From NCBI RefSeq assembly GCF_006345805.1, contig NC_043011.1, positions 40,684,464 through 40,748,463 of the forward strand: a DNA stretch of 64,000 nt. Direction: 5' to 3'. The notes beneath the pieces were generated by a model. It saw only the letters and a list, made by a program, of their open reading frames with translations, was not told where the DNA came from and ran no database searches. Source of the DNA: Octopus sinensis (lineage: Eukaryota). A program made the translations under genes and the position numbers. This document shows positions 55,673 through 64,000 of the stretch, one piece after another (the stretch's first letter is position 1; each line of letters starts with the position of its first letter).

Positions 55673-56226
55673 GCCCTGATGCAGTACCAGGCAGTGGCTC
55701 TCATGGCTTCTGATCTTAACTGATTGGAGGTGTTATCATGTACATTGTTTTGTCTTGGTATAAAAGATGGGCTACAGCAAATATTCTGCTCAATACCACA
55801 GATTTGCTTGTCAGTTGTTTGACCTTAACCAGTTGAGCATGTCCCTTAGTGGCTGACGATATGTGCATCTCTAATTACGAGCAGAAGTAGTGGGGGAGCA
55901 TCATAGCCATGTGTTGAGAGGGATTCTTTGGGGTTTGAATAATTCACCTCTGGAAACATGGGTGGTTCTTTCAACATCCTTAAACAACCCTTATTCAGGG
56001 ACTTTTTGAGCGGGATGGGCTACTCAACCTGAAGAAAATTCTAACTGGGCCCCACCTGCAAGGTCATGTGCTGTTTATCTTGATATGAGATCACCATGTC
56101 GCGCACATATGGTTGTGATGCATGTGCCTGGTGTACCCTTATCAGACGGGTAGTCATGATGGGTATATTGGGCTTCGTATATTTTATCCCAGTGTCACTT
56201 TGATGGCATGCACTGCTCTCTCACTC

Positions 56227-56227
<1 letters not shown>
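55671..56227 (-). mobile_element. Non-coding retroposon with (ATT)n tail, possibly RTE-related
   Basis: Second partial copy at 56785-57185; no ORF, no tRNA head. Confidence 0.65.
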
Positions 56228-56273
<46 letters not shown>

Positions 56274-56452
56274 TAATAATACGTCAATCCTATAAAATAT
56301 TACCAAAAATGAAGTGGATTGACAAGTTTATTGTTTTGACCTGTGGAAAGCACGCTAGATGCTGAAATATCGTTCACTTGATAACAATGGCACTCTTCTT
56401 TTTTATGCTTCTAATTATAATAATAATAATAGTAATAATAATAATAATAATG

Positions 56453-56535
<83 letters not shown>

Positions 56536-56545
56536 CCTTTCTACT

Positions 56546-56735
56546 AAAGGCACAAGTCCTGCAATTTGGGGGGGTGGATAGTCGATTACATTGACCTCAG
56601 TGTTTCACTGGTACTTAATTTACCGATCCCGAAAGGATGACAGGCACTGACAGAATTTGAATTCAGATCACAATGATGGACAAAATACCACGATGCATTT
56701 GCCCGGTGTGCCAACGATTCTGACAGCTCACAGCT
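56546..56735 (-). mobile_element. SINE B (diverged)
   Basis: Motif match. Confidence 0.75.
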
Positions 56736-56784
56736 TTAATAATAATGATGATAAGAACAACAACAGCAACAATAATAATAATAA

Positions 56785-57185
56785 ATGCCCTGATGTAGTA
56801 CCAGGCAGTGGCTCTCATCTCAACTAATTGGAAGTGTTATCATGTACATTGTTTTGTCTTGGTATAAAAGATGGGCTACTGCAAATGTTCTGCTCAATAC
56901 CACAGATTTGCTTGTCAGTTGCTTGACCAACCAGGTGAGCATGCGCCTTAGTGGCTGACGATATGTGCATCTCTGATCACGAGCAGAAGTATTGGGGGAG
57001 CATCATAGCCGTGTGTTGAAAGGAATTCTTAGAGGTTTGGATAATTCACCTTTGGAAACATGGGCAGTTCGTTCAACATCCTTAAACAATCCTTATTCAG
57101 GGACCCTTTCAGCGGGATGGGCTAGACGACCAGTAGAAAATTCTAACTGGGCCCCACCTGCAAGATCATGCACTGTTTATCTGAT
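56785..57185 (-). mobile_element. Truncated copy of the 55671-56227 element
   Basis: Direct sequence match. Confidence 0.7.
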
Positions 57186-57257
57186 CATGAGCAGAAGTAG
57201 TGTGAGAGCAGCTCGCCGCTTGGTAATAATAATAATTATTATTTCAAATTTCGCCAG

Positions 57258-57430
57258 AAAGGCAGCTTCGTGGAGATGGGGGGGGGATGAGTCGATTACA
57301 TCGACCCCTGTGGTTCAAATGGAATTTATTTTATCGACCCCGAAAGGATGAGAGGCAAAGTCGACCTCGGCGGAACTTGAACATAGAACGTAGCGGCAGA
57401 CGAAATACCGCTGTTTTTCACCTCGGCGTG
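57258..57430 (-). mobile_element. SINE B (partial)
   Basis: Motif match. Confidence 0.75.
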
Positions 57431-57455
57431 ATAATGATTTTACCAGATCACCACC

Positions 57456-57502
<47 letters not shown>

Positions 57503-58035
57503 TAGTAGTAGTAGTAGTAGCAGCAGCAGTAATAGTAGTAGTAGCAGCTGCAGCAGTAGTGGTGGTGGTGGTGGTAGTAGTAGTAGTAATAGTAGTAGCA
57601 GCAGTAGTAGTAGTAGTAGTAGTAGTTAGTAGTAGTAGTAGTAGTAGTAGTAATACCAATAACTTGTGGATGCATTTAAAGAGGGAAGCTGAAATAATCC
57701 CGAGGTATGTGTGTGTGCCCGCGCGCATGCCTGTGTGTGAGTGTGCGTCTCTGTGTGTGCGTGTGCGCACGTCTTTGTGTTTGTTTTTGCACCCACCACT
57801 GCTTATGAATCGGTGTTGCTCTATTTACATCCCTGTACTTCTAACTGTTCGGCAAAAAAAAAAGCGACCAATGGAATGACTACTAGGTTTGTTTCTCTGT
57901 TAGCTCCTCCTTCTCTCCTTCCCCCAGCTGCTCCTCCTTCTCTTCTTTCCCCATCTGCTCCTCTCCCAACAGCTATAACAAAGGCATAAGGAACAAAATA
58001 AACGGAATGAAATTAATCAAGGTGAGTAAACATAC

Positions 58036-58099
58036 CAATAAGACGACAAAGACGGGAATGTGATGGATGTAATCATAAATAGATTCTTTGGTCCAGCAA
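58036..58099 (-). CDS. Class B1 GPCR, ECL2-TM5 exon, 64 nt: CWTKESIYDYIHHIPVFVVLL
   Basis: Acceptor tttcttcttctgcag, donor TTG|gtatgt. First base completes GA|T (Asp) from the previous exon. Conserved ECL2 CW and DYI..P as in CRHR CW...DYIYQGP. Confidence 0.92.
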
Positions 58100-58202
58100 C
58101 TGCAGAAGAAGAAATGGCGTATGAGAGATATTCATTTAGTTATTACAGCAATGTGGCGTAATGATAATTGTAAATACAATAACACACAGAGAACATACAC
58201 AC

Positions 58203-58314
<112 letters not shown>

Positions 58315-58316
58315 CA

Positions 58317-58367
<51 letters not shown>

Positions 58368-58624
58368 TATATATATAACTCCAAGAAAGTTAGGGGTTGT
58401 GAATCCAACCCACTAAGGGATGATATCTATCCAATATACTGCTGGTAGAAGTGTTTTTTTATTGCATTGCAATTACATTACCTAGTGTACTAAATAGGTG
58501 AAGGTAAAGAGATAGTTTACTATTAAATCATATTGCAAATAAGAAAATGGAAGAGAACAACATGTGGTTCATCAACTTTTGGACATTAAATTATGTTATT
58601 ATAACTTAACATTTGTACTTTATA

Positions 58625-58746
58625 ATCTCTGACGAAGCCTAGAGATGTATACAAGTACCTCATGTTCATCTACCTATTACCTCAATCCACTTCAGTAATA
58701 TAGGTAGAATGAGGTATTTTTATCTATTGGCTGAAACAGCTGTAAG
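58625..58746 (+). ncRNA. Type I hammerhead ribozyme with long multi-helix stem II
   Basis: CUGACGA-AGCC...GGCU-GAAA-CAGCUG-UA. Palindrome ACAGCUGU; stem II continues with TACCTCAT/ATGAGGTA and TCTACCTA/TAGGTAGA; stem I weakened. Confidence 0.75.
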
Positions 58747-59014
58747 CTATTTTACCAATTTATATTCATGTTTTTTATAATAATTACTGGTATCCTTATA
58801 TATTACTATATTTTATATCTTATATGTAAAGAATAATATGCTATATGTTTATATGTTATTATAATTATCAGTTTAATAAATAAATAAGTTAACATAATTT
58901 AATGTCCAAAAGTTGATGAACCACCTATTGTTCTCCTCCATTTTCTTATTTGCGATATATATTATATATATCTGCTTTTCTATTTACCTATATGTGTACA
59001 TGTGTACATATGTG

Positions 59015-59044
<30 letters not shown>

Positions 59045-59045
<1 letters not shown>

Positions 59046-59260
59046 ACGGGAAGGTTTACGAAAATAAACAAAAGACGAAGGCAGGTTGAGTACAAACAAA
59101 CAAATGTATTAGTATGGCGCTCAGGAATAGAAATAGAACATGTCTTTTACGTTTCGAGCCTACGCTCTTCGACAGAAAGATACACAGAAAAGAAACAAGG
59201 AGAGAAAAAAATGCGTGTAGGAGCTAACGGTCCATCATGGCGTTCTGGCTTCAGGCAGAA
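59045..59260 (-). mobile_element. A6U-HHR element (copy 5, best preserved)
   Basis: Motif at 59143-59180: TCTTT-CTGTCGA-A-GAGC GTAG GCTC-GAAAC-GTA-AAAGA, all stems perfect. Confidence 0.8.
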
Positions 59261-59261
59261 G

Positions 59262-59317
<56 letters not shown>

Positions 59318-59599
59318 GTATATATCATATATATATATATATATATAATATATATACGTATGTAATGAGCTATTTTGCATACTAAAAGATATATATATGT
59401 ATCATACATATACATACATGTATGCATATGCATACACACATGCACGCGCACATATACACACACACGCACACATGCATAACTTCATTCGCGCGTGTTCGCG
59501 TTTAAATGTGTGATTCTACTTATACGCAGAAACATATAAGTGCACGTGTTTATTTAGATATAGACATATGTTTATACAAGTATGTGTGCGTGCATGTGC

Positions 59600-59633
<34 letters not shown>

Positions 59634-59660
59634 GTATGTATGTACACACATATATATTCT

Positions 59661-59691
<31 letters not shown>

Positions 59692-60290
59692 ACATATAAT
59701 CACTCTCACACATAATTAGATACACATATATCTTTGAGCAATGAATATTAATATATTATATAGCCGGATCTTAATTTTAAAATACCGGTTATATAATATC
59801 CATATATTTCAATATATTTACCTTGAACTGTTTATAAATTTAGTTAGACCACGAAATTTTATATTAGTTTACCTTGCTCACAGCCATTCATTTAATGAGA
59901 TCTTCCTGTATTTTAAAGGGAACGATCCGTACATAGGTTATGTATAAACGATGCGACAGACTGAAGTTTCTGTGTGCTAAAAGCAGGTTTGAAGTGTCAT
60001 ACACTTTCAACTAATACACACTCACACAGACATACACATACACGCCCAGCACACACACACACACACACACATTACATACATCATACGCACATACACACAT
60101 AGGCGTGGTTGTGTGGTAAGAAGCTTGCTTTTCAACCACATGATTCAGAGGTCAGCCCTACTGCGTGGCATTGTCGACATTGCGTTCATCTATTTGAGGT
60201 CGATGAAATAAGTAACAGACAAGCACTGTGGTGTGGTCGATGCTACTGTCTAACGCCCTCCTACAAAATCTCAGGTCCAGCCCCTATATA

Positions 60291-60459
60291 GGCGTAGGAG
60301 TGGCTGTGTGGTAAGTAGCTTGCTTACGAATCCCATGGTTCCGGGTTCAGTCCCACTGCGTGGCACCTTGAGCAAGTGTCTTCTACTAAAGTCTTGGGCC
60401 GACCAAAGCCTTGTGAGTGGATTCAGTAGATGGAAACTGAAAGTAGCCCGTCGTATATA

Positions 60460-60490
<31 letters not shown>

Positions 60491-60736
60491 GTATATATGT
60501 ATGTGTGTATGTATGTGTGTGTGTATATTTGTGTGTTTGTGTTTGTCCCCCAACATCGTTTGACAACCGATGCTGGTGTGTTTACATCCCCGTAACTTAG
60601 CGGTTCGGCAAAAGAGACCGATAAAATAAGTACTAGACTTACAAAGAATAAGTCCTGGGGTCGATTTTCTCGGCTAAAGGCGGTGCTCCATCATGGCCAC
60701 AGTCAAATGACTGAAACAAGTAAAAGAGTAAAAGAG
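60291..60736 (+). mobile_element. SINE A
   Basis: Full-length match. Confidence 0.92.
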
Positions 60737-61320
60737 TATGATCATCTCTTGAACATTTATGAAACGATATTCGTTCAAGAAGATTTTCCTTATTCCTGAT
60801 TGTAGAGTTTCTTGCTTGTGTATTCCAACTCCTTTACAAAAGGAAACCCGATTTTTATTATAACCGGGGTATGTCACACTATATTGCACAATATTTGTTT
60901 TGCTGTTCTGTGACATGAAGGGACGATACCCTCAACCGCTTGGAAACTAATTCGAGATCAAATTTTAGGAACGAACAGTCTTTCGAAATAAAGGCAGACA
61001 CCACTTTTCCCCTCCGCGTACATAGAATTCTTTCGTCACAGTAATTCGTGATCTAAATAGTAAACATTTATGTTTTTGTTTCCACTTATTTCATCATCTT
61101 GTTTTTTACCCAGAAACATTTTCACCTGCACGCATTGCTATATACTCTGAATGATGTACAATATATAACATATTTCATTTCTAAACTTAAAATTATTATC
61201 GACAAGTTCGAAAAACCAGATGTGAATATTTACAATCATAAATAACACTTACCTCATGTACCAAATTAATCTGTTCGCTTTCTCGTCTGTATTTACGTCT
61301 CAAATATACATATATATATA

Positions 61321-61371
<51 letters not shown>

Positions 61372-61506
61372 TACAGACAGAAGCGCAATGATTTTCAAAA
61401 AACAAAATGTGTTGAGAGATGGAGATAGAAAACTAATATAAGTATAATGGTGACGTTATATAAGATTAATGGAATGATATTACTGACGTCATAAATCAAA
61501 ACTTAC

Positions 61507-61567
61507 TCGTTGCTTGTTTTCTTCATTTGTATTACAGCCCAAACCAATATGAACGGCACCGGTAAAC
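61507..61567 (-). CDS. Class B1 GPCR (CRF/DH44-receptor-like), TM4 exon, 61 nt: (G)LPVPFILVWAVIQMKKTSN(D)
   Basis: Acceptor attctttccag, donor GA|gtaagt. Starts in phase 1, ends in phase 2. Peptide resembles CRHR TM4 ([20 protein letters not shown]). Confidence 0.9.
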
Positions 61568-61708
61568 CTGGAAAGAATAAACAATTTAACAGAAATTATA
61601 ATCAGATATATGTGACAAGAAAAAGTGTTTAAAAAGTCGTAAATTTGTTTGTCGTGTTTGTACACACACACACGCACACACACACACACACACAACACAC
61701 ACACACAA

Positions 61709-61740
<32 letters not shown>

Positions 61741-61890
61741 GCACATGCACACACACGCACACATACACACTCACATACATACACACACACACACGCACAC
61801 TCAAATATATATACGCTACGAATGTTGATGTGATTTTGTAATATTTCAGTTTGTTGTATTTTTATGAAATCATAGATATATATATATCTC

Positions 61891-62074
61891 ACTTGTTTCA
61901 GTCATTTGGCCATGCTGGAGCACCACCTTTAGTCGAGCAAATCGACACCAGGACTTATTCTTTGTAAGCCTAATACTTATTCTATCGGTCTCTTTTGTCG
62001 AACCGCTATGTTCGTCAAACGATGTTGAGGTAACAGACACAGACACACAAACATATACACACACATACATACAC

Positions 62075-62120
<46 letters not shown>

Positions 62121-62276
62121 CAACTGGCTTCTTTCAGTTTCTTTCAGTTTCCACAAGGTTTTGGTCGGTCCGAGGCTATACTAAAAGACACTTGCCCTAG
62201 GAGACACGCAGTAGGACTGAATCAAGAGCCATGTGGTTGGTAAGCAAGCTACTTACCACACAGCCACTCCTGCGCC
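61891..62276 (-). mobile_element. SINE A
   Basis: Full-length with an internal deletion. Confidence 0.9.
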
Positions 62277-62278
62277 TA

Positions 62279-62316
<38 letters not shown>

Positions 62317-62676
62317 TTACAAAGTGAGATAGGGGTTGTGAGTGTAACCCACTATGGGATAACATTTATCCAATATACTGCCAGTAAAGTACCCAGAAAG
62401 GCTAATACATAAATGCTAAGAAGTGCAATGCAATTAATTCATGTATAGAATTATATGGGCGAAGGTAAAATGTTTTACCTCAAATTCATAATACAAAATA
62501 AGAAAATGGAGGAATAGATTTGTATCAATCATCAACTACTAGATAATACCAATTCATATAATTTATTAACTAATTATTTAGGAACATCCAGATCAAACAG
62601 AATAATACAGAATAAAACAGTACATATCAATGAGTAAGATAATACCATAAGAACAATACATATAAATATAAAATGG

Positions 62677-62802
62677 ATCTTACAGCTGTTTCAGCCTGTA
62701 GATAAGAGTATCTCATTATGCTCATATTAGTCAGATGTATTAAGGTAATATGCGGTTATAAATGTGTTACTTATATATATATATCAAGGACTCGTCAGAG
62801 AT
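62677..62802 (-). ncRNA. Type I hammerhead ribozyme, same family as 58625
   Basis: AUCU-CUGACGA-GUCC...GGCU-GAAA-CAGCUG-UA-AGAU. Stem I intact, stem II with a mismatch. Confidence 0.7.
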
Positions 62803-63187
62803 TATAAAGTACGATTATAGAGGTATAAAATGAAGATATAAAGTGCAAATATGAATATTAGAGAAGGTACAGATATACAAGAATAAGTACATATACATAT
62901 AAGTGTATATACACCTGCATATACATATATATATGTATATACATAATAATATACATACACATATGGTTACAGTTAGTCAAATCAATATACTAGAATATAC
63001 ATACATACACATACCCACATGAAAGTGTACATATACAAAGTCCAGAGTTCATTGCATTACATTACAAAAGGCTATTAATATTATTATTATCAATAAATTA
63101 TATGAATTGGTATTATCTAGTAGTTGATGATTGATAGAAATCTATTCCTCCATTTTCTTATTTTGTATATATATATATATATATATA

Positions 63188-63539
63188 TGCTTTGGAAATC
63201 GAAACCACGATCTCATAATCGCGAGTGCAACAGCCTAACCACTGAGCCATGCACCTTCACAATATATATATATAATATATATATATATATGTATATAGCA
63301 AGGAAAAATTGTAAAAATGCAGAATGCTCAAATGAAAGAAAATTTTAATGAAATGAGAACTTGATAAAATATATAAATATATATTTATTAAAACCGGTTT
63401 TCGTCATTGTGTGACTTGTCAAGAATATTTAGGTTAAAAAGTTTTATATATATATATATATATATTGTGAAGGTGCATGGCTCAGTGGTTAGGCTGTTGC
63501 ACTCGCGATTATGAGATCGTGGTTTCGATTTCCAAAGCA
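63188..63539. repeat. Perfect 77-bp inverted repeat of a SINE head
   Basis: 63188-63264 is the exact reverse complement of 63463-63539. Confidence 0.97.
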
Positions 63540-63738
63540 CTTCATTTCAAGTTGCTCTGCGATCATTTCATCATGACATGTGGCGCACGGTGCACCTGAA
63601 CAGGTAATGCCAATTTGATGGAGGGAGTGAGGTTATGTGTACACAAGCACATGATCACTATAAACAAATCATCTGTCAGGTTGTTCGGCACGAAATTGCC
63701 GAAACCTTATACGTCGTCTAACGACGGGAGAGTCCATG
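63466..63738 (+). mobile_element. tRNA-derived SINE family E
   Basis: A box tggctcagtgg, B box gtttcgatttcc. Confidence 0.75.
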
Positions 63739-64000
63739 ATATATATGTGTGTAAAATATAACGTGTCAAGACACGTTATATTTTACAAACAATATACAAT
63801 GCTTCCAGTGAACTACACACACACACCACACACACACACACACACACACGCACACACATACACACACACACACATACACACACACATATATATATATATA
63901 TATATTATTGGATGAATACGAGTTCGACGTTTAATTGAAATAATTTCCAAAAAATTTCTAATATTTCTTCATACTTTTAAATTTTCTTATATAAATTCGT

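Noticed and set aside
55671-55730. Weak resemblance of the minus strand to U2 snRNA segments
   Set aside because: Only short scattered matches; no branch-site pairing region or Sm site in order.

Overview
AT-rich, microsatellite-dense animal DNA. The SINE families and repeat load point to a coleoid cephalopod, most likely Octopus; this is from recall, not a search. Most ORFs in the supplied track are (TA/CA)n artefacts. The only well-supported host gene is a class B1 (secretin-family) GPCR of the CRF/DH44-receptor type on the minus strand. It shows three consecutive, phase-compatible exons (61507-61567, 58036-58099, 52343-52428; TM4-ECL2-TM5-ICL3), and I could not find its TM6/TM7 exons in the remaining 52 kb, which contain a 100-N gap. 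The rest is mobile DNA: tRNA-derived SINEs of several families, decayed CR1, mariner, Tc1, maT and hAT fragments, MITEs, and Penelope-like retroelement (PLE, Naiad-like) remnants. The most striking pattern is about 20 type-I hammerhead ribozyme (HHR) or HHR-like motifs from several distinct families, ranging from intact to decayed. They include a five-copy family with a fixed A6U core change, a tandem ~180-nt array with the same variant, and an ~8.8 kb PLE-centred inverted duplication. Ribozyme activity and all family assignments are unverified by computation.
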